DNA of 44,501 nucleotides from a bacterium (GTDB lineage Bacteria > Arandabacterota > Arandabacteria > Arandabacterales > JALGWA01): NCBI GenBank assembly GCA_050125095.1, contig JASFEA010000007.1, positions 1 to 44,501 of the forward strand. The letters are read 5' to 3'. Under the pieces are notes generated by a model. The model saw only the letters and a list, made by a program, of their open reading frames with translations. It searched no databases and was not told the DNA's origin. Shown in pieces: positions 9,034 to 18,592 of this stretch. A program made the position numbers and the translations under genes. Every line of letters starts with the position of its first letter. Position 1 is the first letter of the stretch.

Positions 9034-9218
9034 GCTCCTTATCCAGGCCCGACCGGATTGGCGTCACCGGGTTTCTGCATTCGTCATGGGCGGCACAATC
9101 GCCGTCACCCTCCTTGCCCTCATGGTCCTGCCCCTTCCTGTAGATCGCACTATCAGCATGTGGTGGAAGCAATCCGGCCGCTACTGAGTTTGAACTGAGG
9201 GCTGCCTTGCAGAGAAGT

Positions 9219-11147
9219 TCAATGCTGCACCGGGACAGCAGCATCATTGATCAGTCTTCCCAATTCCTCGAGTTTCTCCCTTGCGTTTGAATTCTCGGGA
9301 TTGAGCTCCAGTGATTTCTCATAATTGGCAATGGCGATTCCATATTGCCCGTCTTCCATATACGCTTCACCCAGGCTGTCATAGGCGTTATACGCTTCCG
9401 GGTAAGCTCTTACATTAAGCTCGAATAGAGCGATGGCCTCCTTGACCTCCCCCCTATACAGATATTCGTACCCAAGCGCGTTCATCTGGCTCTCCGTGAA
9501 CATGATTGTATGGGGATTGGCCTCCCTGCATTCATCATAATAGCGAATTGCCGCCGGCGCGCCATCCGCCTGTAATACCTCCATAAACCCGGGATCGACG
9601 TTCCTCAGCACGACCCAGTAACCGGCGAGGTCGTATTTGGGCTGTCTGCACAGATGAATGGGACTGTTGTTTTCATAAGGCATGCAATAAGGGTGTGTAT
9701 AGGTGCCGCGCGGGATTACCACTTCGAACACCTCGAGCAGCCTATTCCGAGGCGGCCCGAAGGAGACATAGCTGTCTTTGAACTCTCTATTCCTGAGCGC
9801 CTCAAAATAGAACCAGCCGTCCGCACTTGTGGGCTGGGGCAGACCGTATTTCTGTCCCAATAAATGAACTGCGCCGGCCTGGCCGTAATTGCCTGTTAGG
9901 ACACCGATTTCCTCATTCGACTCCGATGCGGCACTGTCATAGACAGCGGCGATTTGATCAACCATCTCCTCCCAGCCAAAACGATCAGCCATGTGTTGCG
10001 GGAGCTGACCCAGATCCGTGTTTTCATGGCGAACCCCTGCATGAACTCCCAAAACCGCGGCGTATTCCACGAATGTCTCGACGGGGAGAATCGGTACGAT
10101 CATAGGCAACAACGGCAGACTCAATACGACGTAGACGATGGGAAGTGCAGTCCGGCAGGATCTTGCCCCGGGCCTTCGGATAGCGCGTTCACTGAAATAA
10201 CCCTCGATCTTCACCGCACCCACAGCCAGCAGTATTGAGTACATTGGAATCATAAAATAGAACTTCACGCCGAGGAAGTATGCCAGGAGAAATATGATGA
10301 CGTACATGAGCCCGAATAAGCGATATCGTCTCCAATGATTAGAGAGGAGCAGCAAGCCCAGCCCTGTCACCCAGATTGGAAACGCAAAAATGTTGTTGGG
10401 TAAGACCTGGCTCCACAGGAATTCGGGGAACGACGCTCTGTAGGCAATGCCGCCGGAGTAGCCGGCCGCGAAATCCAGGAAGTACCAGCCATGCCTGAAT
10501 TGCCATAACACAAAAGGAATGGAGAATACGAGGGCGACCAGGCCGCCAATCCAGATCCACTTGCTTTTGAAATACGCTCTCTGCGGCACAAGCCACAGGG
10601 ATACGAATACGGCCAGACTGAAAATCAATATGCTCATCTTGTTGAGAAGCCCGAGCCCCAGCACCAAACCGAAGAGTAAAAACAATCTGGGATTATCATC
10701 TTTGATTATTCTCACCAGCAGATATATGGCCAGTGTCTGAATCAAAAAGTCCATACTGTCATAAGTGAACAGTGCCCCGAATATCATGAAACCGGAAAAG
10801 AACACCAGCAGGCCCGTGAGCAGGATGGCGTATCTCTTTCCGCCCAGCTGCCTGGCTATCAAGCAGGCAAGGACCATAGAAAGGGCGCCGCAGAGGGAGG
10901 AAGCCAAATGAACCGACTTAATGGAATAACCGAATACCGCAGTAATCAGTTTTAGGAAAAGCGGCGTCAGCGGCAATATGTCCAGATTCGCAAGGCTGTA
11001 ATGGTCGCTGATTGCTATATAGTACAATTCGTCCCTGAAGTAGCCATACTCGGGGTGAACCAGGTGAAACAGAACCTTGGCGAGAGCTAAATAGACGATT
11101 ATGGCGTTTTCACTGAAAAGAGAGCTGCTGCTTAGTCTCTGCTTCAT
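9219..11147 (-). CDS. GT39/ArnT-like (GT-C fold) membrane glycosyltransferase with C-terminal TPR domain
   Basis: YGYFRDELYY, GLGLLNKM, ADRFGWEE, GNYGQAGA; many TM segments; TPR MNALGYEYL...AYDSLGEAY...YEKSLELNPEN; visibly more AT-rich than its neighbours. Confidence 0.88.
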   Translation of the reverse strand: MKQRLSSSSLFSENAIIVYLALAKVLFHLVHPEYGYFRDELYYIAISDHYSLANLDILPLTPLFLKLITAVFGYSIKSVHLASSLCGALSMVLACLIARQLGGKRYAILLTGLLVFFSGFMIFGALFTYDSMDFLIQTLAIYLLVRIIKDDNPRLFLLFGLVLGLGLLNKMSILIFSLAVFVSLWLVPQRAYFKSKWIWIGGLVALVFSIPFVLWQFRHGWYFLDFAAGYSGGIAYRASFPEFLWSQVLPNNIFAFPIWVTGLGLLLLSNHWRRYRLFGLMYVIIFLLAYFLGVKFYFMIPMYSILLAVGAVKIEGYFSERAIRRPGARSCRTALPIVYVVLSLPLLPMIVPILPVETFVEYAAVLGVHAGVRHENTDLGQLPQHMADRFGWEEMVDQIAAVYDSAASESNEEIGVLTGNYGQAGAVHLLGQKYGLPQPTSADGWFYFEALRNREFKDSYVSFGPPRNRLLEVFEVVIPRGTYTHPYCMPYENNSPIHLCRQPKYDLAGYWVVLRNVDPGFMEVLQADGAPAAIRYYDECREANPHTIMFTESQMNALGYEYLYRGEVKEAIALFELNVRAYPEAYNAYDSLGEAYMEDGQYGIAIANYEKSLELNPENSNAREKLEELGRLINDAAVPVQH

Positions 11148-11439
11148 TGAACAGATTTCAGGGGAAGATATGTTTGTCGCTGCCCTACCGCCGGTATTCG
11201 CAAATCATCAATCCGGTGTACTTGCGAAGCCTGCTACACCGAAATCCGCAACCGGTTTCACCAGCCTGCCGTAATGTACACAGTCTAGCCCGGTACTGTC
11301 AATCCTCGCGTTCAAGACCGCCGTTTACGCGCACTGTGCGGCCGAAATCCCGGCCTCCTCGAGGTCTTCGGAAGACCAGCCGCCCCTTCCTGGGTCGCGG
11401 ATTCAAGCTCATTGCCGCCTGCCGACATCGATAAGGGGC

Positions 11440-12954
11440 CTAACCCAGGGGCCTGTACTGGATGGCCTCGGCCAGGTGCCGGGCCTCGATTTTCCCGCTG
11501 CAGTCAAGGTCCGCTATAGTGCGCGCGACTCTAAGGACCTTGGTGTATGAGCGCGCGCTGAGTCCCAGCCTCTTGGAGGCGGCGCTCAGAAGGTCGTCCC
11601 CCCTGCCGTCCACACGGCAATGGGCCTTGAGGTGCCGCACCGACATCTGGGAGTTGGTAAAGACCCTGCGCGACCTCGCGAACCGCTTCGCCTGCACCTC
11701 CCGGGCTCTCCCGACGCGCTCCCTAATAACTGCCGAACCTTCCCCTTCTTCCCCGCTCGCCATATCGCGGTACAGGGCGGGAGGCACTTCGATATGGATA
11801 TCTATGCGGTCGAGAATGGGCTGGGAGATGCGCTGACGGTAGCGCGCGACATCCCGCGAAGTGCACCTGCACTCTTTCCCGGGGTCGGTGAGGTTGCCGC
11901 AGGGGCAGGGGTTCATGGCGGCAACCAGCATGAAGTTGGCCGGGAAGGTGACGGTGGCGCGCGACCGGGATATGGTGACCACCCTGTCCTCGAGGGGTTG
12001 CCTCAGCACCTCAAGCGAAGTACGCCTGAATTCGGTGAACTCGTCCAGAAACAGGACGCCGTGATTGGCGAGGCTTACCTCTCCCGGCCTGGGGACGAGC
12101 CCGCCGCCCACCAGAGCGGGTTCGCTCACCGTATGATGGGGGGCCCGGAACGGCCGTGACGCCAAGAGGCCGTCATCGGCGAGCTTGCCGGCAACAGAGT
12201 GGATCTTGGTGGTCTCGATGGCCTCGGCGGTTGTCATGGGCGGCAGTATCGTGGGCACTCTTCTCGCCATCATGGTCTTGCCGCTACCCGGAGGTCCAAC
12301 CATCAGGAGGTTGTGGGCGCCCGCGGCAGCGACCTCGACGGCGCGTCTGGCGTGCTGCTGGCCGCGTACCTCGGCGAAGTCCACGCCATCGGGGTCAAGC
12401 GCAGCGCCAGCCGGCGCGCGTGGTTCGACTCTCCTGGGCTCCCTGTCCCCGGTGAGCACACCGACGACATCTAGCAGGCCATCGACTCCGTATACGGGCC
12501 TGTCGGTGCAGAAGCTCGCTTCGACGGCGTTTCCGGCGGGGAGTATGGCGGCGGCAAAATCCTTGAGCGGAAGGGCGCCCATCATGCAAAGGGCCCCGCT
12601 CACGCGCTTGAGGCAGCCGTCTAGCGAGAGTTCACCCACGATGAGATACCTGTCTGCCTCGGAAGACCTGGCCTGGCCACTTGCCAGAATTATCCCCACG
12701 GCTATGGGAAGGTCGAAGCTGGCCCCTGTCTTCCTCAGGGTCGCAGGGGCGAGATTCACAACGATCCTCCTGGCGGGATATTCGAAACCGCTGTTCGTCA
12801 GCGCCGCCCGGATGCGGTCGCGGCTCTCGCGTATCTCCTCACCGGGAAGGCCCACAATATGGAAGGTCGGGAGCCCGCCTGAGATGTCGACCTCCACCTC
12901 AACGAGCACACCGTCGATGCCGATGACGCTTGAAGTGTAGATGCGAGCGAGCAA
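11440..12954 (-). CDS. comM: ComM/YifB Mg-chelatase-like AAA+ ATPase
   Basis: VNLAPA, FDLPIA, Walker A GPPGSGKT, RPFRAPHH, PGEVSLANHGVLFLDE, MNPCPCG, LSARSY; probable TTG start 12954 after GGAGG. Confidence 0.95.
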   Translation of the reverse strand: MLARIYTSSVIGIDGVLVEVEVDISGGLPTFHIVGLPGEEIRESRDRIRAALTNSGFEYPARRIVVNLAPATLRKTGASFDLPIAVGIILASGQARSSEADRYLIVGELSLDGCLKRVSGALCMMGALPLKDFAAAILPAGNAVEASFCTDRPVYGVDGLLDVVGVLTGDREPRRVEPRAPAGAALDPDGVDFAEVRGQQHARRAVEVAAAGAHNLLMVGPPGSGKTMMARRVPTILPPMTTAEAIETTKIHSVAGKLADDGLLASRPFRAPHHTVSEPALVGGGLVPRPGEVSLANHGVLFLDEFTEFRRTSLEVLRQPLEDRVVTISRSRATVTFPANFMLVAAMNPCPCGNLTDPGKECRCTSRDVARYRQRISQPILDRIDIHIEVPPALYRDMASGEEGEGSAVIRERVGRAREVQAKRFARSRRVFTNSQMSVRHLKAHCRVDGRGDDLLSAASKRLGLSARSYTKVLRVARTIADLDCSGKIEARHLAEAIQYRPLG

Positions 12955-13002
12955 AGCAGAACCTCCATTGGACACACCAATAGAGGTTTGAAGGGTAATG
13001 AG

Positions 13003-13031
13003 ATTCTAGCAGCGGCCGCGACCGGCGTCAA
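13003..13031 (-). promoter_or_regulatory. comM promoter
   Basis: Minus strand TTGACG (13031-13026), 17 bp, TAGAAT (13008-13003). Confidence 0.65.
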
Positions 13032-13069
13032 GTGCTGCCGTTCAGAAGATGGATAGCCATGCTGCGCGA

Positions 13070-13555
13070 CTACCGGGTCTTCTTGCCCTTTGCCTTCTCC
13101 GCCAGTCGGGCAAATACCTGCGCGGATTCCACCTCCACCACTCTGACCCGAGCCATTTCCCTGTGACTCGGATTGATAAGAAAGTCGACCTCATGTGGGC
13201 TCGCGGCTGAAGGCACACGCAGTAACAGCGTCTTCCCTTCACTTACCCACTTTTCACCGACCTCCTTTAGCTCGTCAGGCCCAGGGGTATCCGACCACCC
13301 TTTTGGCAGATCTCTCTCGCTCACCGATATCAGGCCAGCCTTGTCCGGCACCTCAATCGTGATCAAGCACATATCCCGGGGCATGGTAGCCAGGTTGACG
13401 TGGACAATCTTCTCAAGAATAGCAAGAGAAGGGCTCGAAGCAGTATAGAGCACCTTGGTTGAACCCTGGCGATTCCACCTTCCTCCATAAAGGAAGGCTC
13501 CGAGTCCCGATAGGTCTGCTGCTCGCTTCGGCTTGGCGATACGGTACACTTTCAT
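13070..13555 (-). CDS. RES-domain toxin (NAD+ phosphorylase / ParT / MbcT-like)
   Basis: YRI..GGRWN..LYTASSPSLAILEKIVH..LRVPSA..LINPSH; directly downstream of the antitoxin. Confidence 0.92.
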   Translation of the reverse strand: MKVYRIAKPKRAADLSGLGAFLYGGRWNRQGSTKVLYTASSPSLAILEKIVHVNLATMPRDMCLITIEVPDKAGLISVSERDLPKGWSDTPGPDELKEVGEKWVSEGKTLLLRVPSAASPHEVDFLINPSHREMARVRVVEVESAQVFARLAEKAKGKKTR

Positions 13556-13568
13556 CTGGAGACTGCTC

Positions 13569-14000
13569 CTAAGAGAATACTCCGTATTCTATCCGGCCAA
13601 GCTCGTTGCGTACCATCTCCACGCCGAATCTCGTGTCCAGTAGATTGACCGGAGCCTTGCCGCCGAGCGCCTTAATGGGCTCATTCAGCCAGCGAAGAAA
13701 CTGCTCCTGGTTATCGAATACTTCCAGACCGTAAGCCGCCAGTTCGGCGAGTTCCAGAATCTGCTCTGAAACATAGGGCTTAAAATACTGCTTCGGCCTG
13801 TATCGCTGTATCGTGCGTTCCGTAACCGGCAGAAACTCTGCCATATGGGCGGTGGTAAACCCGAGCGTCTTTGCTAGGTGCGAGAGCGCACTCTTCGGCA
13901 CTCCCCTCTTGCTCAGCTCTACGATATCCATAGCGTTCTTGACCTTCCATCCCAACACCTTTTCACCACCCAATACCTCCACAATGCCCGTGCCTAGCAT
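13569..14000 (-). CDS. Xre/MbcA/ParS-family antitoxin (DUF2384)
   Basis: HTH region (LPVTERTIQRY) and C-terminal WLNEPIKALGGKAPVNLLDTRFGVEMVRNELGRIEYGVFS. Start ATG 14000, because the longer ORF would run through the promoter. Confidence 0.92.
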   Translation of the reverse strand: MLGTGIVEVLGGEKVLGWKVKNAMDIVELSKRGVPKSALSHLAKTLGFTTAHMAEFLPVTERTIQRYRPKQYFKPYVSEQILELAELAAYGLEVFDNQEQFLRWLNEPIKALGGKAPVNLLDTRFGVEMVRNELGRIEYGVFS

Positions 14001-14075
14001 TCTTTCACCTTGCCTTCCCGCCCACCCGAAAACCCCGGGTGGGCGATGTGCGGCTATCATGCCGCAACTGTGTCT

Positions 14076-14115
14076 ATCATAACGACATATGTCGAGAATG
14101 TCAAGACAAATGTCT
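14076..14115 (-). promoter_or_regulatory. Toxin-antitoxin promoter with two palindromic operators
   Basis: TTGACA (14104-14099), 17 bp, TATGAT (14081-14076); palindromes CGACATATGTCG (14083-14094) and AGACAAATGTCT (14104-14115). Confidence 0.82.
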
Positions 14116-14307
14116 ATACATCTCTTCGGCTTGAGATACGCCGGCCTTAGGCTTGTCTGATCAGGTGCCGGCATACCGGCCACGGCGGAGTAACAGCCAG
14201 GGGGTCAACGTGAGGCGAATACTCTGGAAAGGTCAGTCAAGTCCCGCTGCTCGCTCGGCCCAGGGGGGCGTCAGCGCCGGCCCCGCTTGATCAGATCCTG
14301 CTGCCGG

Positions 14308-14766
14308 TCAGACGCTACCACCGTTGTACTTCACGAGCCGCCGGTAGAGCTTCAGGGTCTCGCCATCATCCTGGTAGATGTCCTGGATGGCCTCCTCGAG
14401 CGTATCATAGCCAGACATCTCGCAGTCGATGAGCTCGAACCACTCCTGACAATCCTTGAGAACGCGGCGGCGGTCTGCACCGGTCGCGGACTTCGTGAGC
14501 GCCTCGCCGATGTCGTGATATAGATCCGTGGTATAGCCGTCATCCTGGTAGATGTCGGCGAGGGCCTCCTCCAGGCTGGCATATCCGGAGGCCTCATAGT
14601 CGGTGGCCTCGAACCAGGCCTTCATCTCCGTAAGAAGCTGGGTACTCTCATCTGCGGATGTGGATTCACCTTTCTGGCAGCCCGCGAGAAGCGCTGAGGC
14701 CAGGAGAACGGCGGCCGCGGTCATCATCCACGGCGCCCAATGCCGGTTCCTCACGGGGATCACCAT
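14308..14766 (-). CDS. Hypothetical lipoprotein with an internal duplicated module (58-aa period)
   Basis: GGAGGTGA RBS before ATG 14766; lipobox LLAGC; two copies of WFExxDxExSGYxxLEEAxxDIYQDDGxTxxLY. Confidence 0.72.
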   Translation of the reverse strand: MVIPVRNRHWAPWMMTAAAVLLASALLAGCQKGESTSADESTQLLTEMKAWFEATDYEASGYASLEEALADIYQDDGYTTDLYHDIGEALTKSATGADRRRVLKDCQEWFELIDCEMSGYDTLEEAIQDIYQDDGETLKLYRRLVKYNGGSV

Positions 14767-14786
14767 AGGGATCACCTCCCGAGTGT

Positions 14787-15506
14787 TCACCACTTCCTCT
14801 GGACCATATTGATGAAGTCTATGACCTTGCGCGTGACGGCGTCGAAGTATTTGCGGCAGCTCTCCTCATCGAAGTTGAGCGACCAGTCGCCGTCCGAGTA
14901 CGTGATGATAGAGCCCGGATAGGGATAGGCCGAGAAGAAGCCCGTCTTCTTGGTGATCATGTCCTCGTCGAAGAGGTCCTTTCTGACCAGCGACGGGTCA
15001 ATGGCCACGATTGGCGCCGTCTCGTCCGAGGCCGCATGGCCCCCCTCGCGCCCCAGGTACTTCTTGCGCTCCTCTTCGGTGTCGACCCACCAGTTGATGA
15101 GCAGCGTCTTGACGCCGATTTCACGGTTGGCCCTGTAGAGTGCATCCTTAAGCTCGCTTATCTGGCCGCCGTGGCCGTTAAGCACTATCACCTTATCAAA
15201 GCCCGAGTTGGCCAGCGACCTGACCACATCGTAAACATATGCCTCAAAGACCTCGTTGGTGATGGTCACGCTGCCCGGATGGCCGTACAGCGAGTGGGTT
15301 ATGCCGTAGGGAATGGTCGGCGCGACCAGGAGGTCGACCTCCTCTGCAATTCGCTCGGCCATGGCCTCCGGGATCAATATGTCCGTCCCTACGGGTATGA
15401 CACCGTGCGCCTCCACCGTTCCCACGGGAATGAGCACGGTGTCATACGTCTCGGGTACGAGCTTTCCCAGCTCTATATGATTGAGATACTTAATCCGCTT
15501 TTCCAT
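14787..15506 (-). CDS. Creatininase / MftE-family amidohydrolase
   Basis: PVGTVEAHG..GTD, YGITHS, NGHGG, GHAASDET metal-ligand motifs. Confidence 0.9.
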   Translation of the reverse strand: MEKRIKYLNHIELGKLVPETYDTVLIPVGTVEAHGVIPVGTDILIPEAMAERIAEEVDLLVAPTIPYGITHSLYGHPGSVTITNEVFEAYVYDVVRSLANSGFDKVIVLNGHGGQISELKDALYRANREIGVKTLLINWWVDTEEERKKYLGREGGHAASDETAPIVAIDPSLVRKDLFDEDMITKKTGFFSAYPYPGSIITYSDGDWSLNFDEESCRKYFDAVTRKVIDFINMVQRKW

Positions 15507-18138
15507 AGGTCGCTTCCGCTGTCTCCTTGATGTTCTCGGGCGCGGGCGTTATCACCACCGTCGCCGAGTTGGTGAAGTACTTGTTGGCGACGCGCCTCAG
15601 GTCCTCCTTGGTGACCGCCCTCACCTTTTCCCTTATGCTATCGCGGTAATCGTAGCCCAGGCCCCTCACCTCATACTGCCCCGAAATATCGGCCTGGGAG
15701 GCCGTAGTCTGGGTGTAATAGAGATCCTCCATTACGATGCACGAGCGCTTGCCCATTTCGAGCTCCTCGTCGGTAACGAGCTCGTTCCTGGCCTTCTCGA
15801 TCTTCTCATTGATGATGCCCAGGGCGCTGTCGGCGTGCTCGGGCGTCGTGGCCGCCATCACGCATATATAACCCTTGCCCCTCAGGGCCGCGTTCCAGAG
15901 ATGGACTATATAGACAAGCCGCTGCCCTCTCAGCGTTTCATGCAGCCAGCCGCCCGGATAGCCCACGCCCGACATTACGCCGTCCAGGACGCGCATGGCG
16001 TACCAGTCCGGGTTGTCGAGCGTCATCGAGGGGATGCCCATGTATATCACGGCCTGTTCCTTGTCGGTGGGCTCGACGAGGAGAACGTCTTCATCGATGC
16101 CCTCCCACTCGGGAGGCGGCGGGACGCTCGCCGGCCCGCGATTGAACCGGCTGAAGGCCTTGTTCACTGCCGCGACGACATCGTCGGTCTTGACATCACC
16201 GTAGACGAGAAGCACCTGGTTATCCGGCGTGCAGTAATCCTGATAGAGCCCCTTGACGTAGTCGGCCGTCATGGCGCTTACCGACTCCTCTTCCCCGACC
16301 GGGCTCAGGCCGTAGGGATGGTCGCCGTAGAGAAGCTTCCTCATCCTGGTCTCGCCGTCTTCCTGCCAGTCGTCGTCGCGCGCGACGATCTGGGCGAGCA
16401 CGGCTTCGCGCTCTCTCTCGAACTCGGCCTCACTGAAGGCCGAGTTCACGATGGCGTCCGCGTAAAGCGCGAGGCCCTTGTCGAAGTTCTCGCTGATAAC
16501 GTCCATGTGGCAGAAAAAATAGTCTTCGTTGCAGCCCGACCACATGCTGCCACCCATCTCGTCCACCTTCTCGGCCATCATCTCGGAGGAATACTTACGC
16601 GTTCCCCTGCGCATCATTCGCGCCATGAGATTCATGCCGCCGTTGGTCTTCTCGGTCTCGAGATACGAGCCTCCCGCGAAAAAGGAGCGCATGAAGACGA
16701 GCGGCGTGGTGTGGTCTTCCTTGACAAGAAGCGTGATGCCGCTGTCGAGCTCCATTCTCGATACGGTCGAGGCGCCCGCAAGCGTCTTCCTGGTCTCCTC
16801 TTCCGGCAGCACCGAGCCGGTGGGCTTCAAGACGGCCACCGTCATGGCGTCGTCATAGAAGTAGGTGTTGGCGACGCGCATGATGTCGTCCCGTGTGACG
16901 GCCCTCACCTGGTCGAGGAAGTAACCGCCGCTGTATGTGGGACTTCCAGTCCTTATGAGGTCGGTGCCGATCGTGGCTGCCTGGTCCATCACGTCCTGGA
17001 AGCCGCTGGCGTAGTCGCTCACCAGTTGCGTCTTGGCCTTCTTGAGCTCATCCCGCGCGACCGGCATCGTCTTAAGGTCATTGATGACTTCCCTTATCGC
17101 CTCTATGGCAGCCGGCGTATTCTCGTAGTCCAGGGACGCATGCACCGTGAAGTCGGGGGCGTCGTACTCGGGCGTATAGGAGCTGGCGTTGATCGTGTGA
17201 ACCAGGCCCATCTCCTCCTTTACCTTCTTATAGAGGCGCGAGCTTCTGCCCTCTCCCAGTATGGAAGCCAATACGCGCAGGGGAAATGCGTCCTCATTCG
17301 TGACCATGACCGTCTTAAAACCGATGGTCATGTACGTAAGGCCTATGTCCATCTCGTCTTCCACGTATCTCATTCCCATCTGCCTGGGGTCGGACGGGAG
17401 GTATACGATGGGCCTTGGTTCGAACGGGTAGATCGAGAACGCGGCCTCGAGCTTGCCCAGCATCTCCTCGGCGTCGAAGTCGCCGACGGCCACGACATAA
17501 GTGTTCGAGGGCACGTACATGCGCTCGTAGTACTCGATGAGGTCATCACGGCTTATGGTGTTGAAGAGCTCGAGATAGCCGATTGTCGGGAAGTGCTCGG
17601 GGTGCACCACGAACATGGTGCCGTTATAGAGCTTGCCAATGCGCCTTCCGGGTTCGTCCTGCCCCATTGCGATCTCGCGCTGAATCACGCCCCGTTCGCG
17701 AGTGTACTCCTCTTCGGTGATGGCGCAGTTCATTGTCCAGTCCGAGAGAAGGTCAATGACGCTGTCGGCGTACTCGGCCGAGGTCGAGATGTAGTAGCAA
17801 GTGTGCCCGCTCGTGGTGTAGGCGTTGGCTGCCCCGCCTATGGAGCGGACAATGGCCTGCGCGTCCGCCTCCGGGCGCTTGTGGGTGGTGCCTCCCGCCA
17901 CGAGGTGCTCGCAGAAGTGGGAGATGCCCTTGCCCAGGAACTCCTCTTCATAGACGCTGCCGGCGCGTATATAGACGCGCATGGTGAAGACGGGAGCGTT
18001 GTGGTTCTCGAGTACGTAGACATTGAGGCCGTTATCCAGGAGCCTGTGCTTGATATCCAGGTCCCCGGCCGCCGCTAGCGCGGCCGACAGAACGACGACT
18101 GCGGCCAAAACAACACAGATACCCCTACTCAAACGCAT
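15490..18138 (-). CDS. Secreted M16 (pitrilysin/insulinase) zinc peptidase with fused two-half architecture
   Basis: Signal peptide from ATG 18138 (GAGGAGG RBS); inverted zinc motif HFCEH, NAYT, SSRLY; second half lacks HxxEH (NLMARMMRRG). Confidence 0.92.
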   Translation of the reverse strand: MRLSRGICVVLAAVVVLSAALAAAGDLDIKHRLLDNGLNVYVLENHNAPVFTMRVYIRAGSVYEEEFLGKGISHFCEHLVAGGTTHKRPEADAQAIVRSIGGAANAYTTSGHTCYYISTSAEYADSVIDLLSDWTMNCAITEEEYTRERGVIQREIAMGQDEPGRRIGKLYNGTMFVVHPEHFPTIGYLELFNTISRDDLIEYYERMYVPSNTYVVAVGDFDAEEMLGKLEAAFSIYPFEPRPIVYLPSDPRQMGMRYVEDEMDIGLTYMTIGFKTVMVTNEDAFPLRVLASILGEGRSSRLYKKVKEEMGLVHTINASSYTPEYDAPDFTVHASLDYENTPAAIEAIREVINDLKTMPVARDELKKAKTQLVSDYASGFQDVMDQAATIGTDLIRTGSPTYSGGYFLDQVRAVTRDDIMRVANTYFYDDAMTVAVLKPTGSVLPEEETRKTLAGASTVSRMELDSGITLLVKEDHTTPLVFMRSFFAGGSYLETEKTNGGMNLMARMMRRGTRKYSSEMMAEKVDEMGGSMWSGCNEDYFFCHMDVISENFDKGLALYADAIVNSAFSEAEFEREREAVLAQIVARDDDWQEDGETRMRKLLYGDHPYGLSPVGEEESVSAMTADYVKGLYQDYCTPDNQVLLVYGDVKTDDVVAAVNKAFSRFNRGPASVPPPPEWEGIDEDVLLVEPTDKEQAVIYMGIPSMTLDNPDWYAMRVLDGVMSGVGYPGGWLHETLRGQRLVYIVHLWNAALRGKGYICVMAATTPEHADSALGIINEKIEKARNELVTDEELEMGKRSCIVMEDLYYTQTTASQADISGQYEVRGLGYDYRDSIREKVRAVTKEDLRRVANKYFTNSATVVITPAPENIKETAEATYGKAD

Positions 18139-18164
18139 GACAACTTCCTCCTCTTTTAAGGGGA

Positions 18165-18563
18165 TTATTCCAGAATGAATTCCTTCGACGCTATGACGGT
18201 GGTGTCGCCATGGACGACCTCGACCCGCCATGTGCCCTTCCAGTCGGGAGCCATTCTCTTGGTGCTCCACGTCCGCCAGGACGCCGACCTTACGCTGAGG
18301 TCGACTCTGCCCATCTCCCGCTCGCCGTAGTACCACACATGCTGAACGGAAGTGGTGTCCTGAGCCCCCACTATCCTGGTGAAGCAGTATACCTGGGCGA
18401 TATCGGAAGGGAACGACTCGGCCGCCCCCACGGGCGTCCGGTCCCTCACGGCGGCACACAATTCAATCTCGGCCACCTTGACCCCCTCCTCGCTTCCGGC
18501 GCAGGCGCCTGCTAGAATGAACGCCGCCAGGACAGGTACGAAGAAAACGAATGCCACTCTCAT
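18165..18563 (-). CDS. DUF2914-domain exported protein
   Basis: VYCFTRI..VQHVWY..WRTWSTKRM..GTWRVEV pattern; N-terminal signal. Confidence 0.82.
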   Translation of the reverse strand: MRVAFVFFVPVLAAFILAGACAGSEEGVKVAEIELCAAVRDRTPVGAAESFPSDIAQVYCFTRIVGAQDTTSVQHVWYYGEREMGRVDLSVRSASWRTWSTKRMAPDWKGTWRVEVVHGDTTVIASKEFILE

Positions 18564-18592
18564 ATCGCGCCCCCTTGTGTCTCCTCAAGCAA

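Noticed and set aside
9005-9247. 80-aa minus-strand ORF
   Set aside because: Overlaps the GT39 end and the downstream promoter; no coding features
14001-14183. N-terminal extension of the antitoxin ORF
   Set aside because: It spans the promoter and operators; ATG 14000 gives a normal-length antitoxin
14184-14300. CTCTGGAAAG segment resembling a glycine riboswitch
   Set aside because: No CCGAAG or CTCAGG partner elements and no downstream plus-strand gene
15481-18078. 865-aa plus-strand ORF
   Set aside because: Antisense shadow of the M16 peptidase with no recognisable motifs; long antisense ORFs are expected with high-GC codon bias
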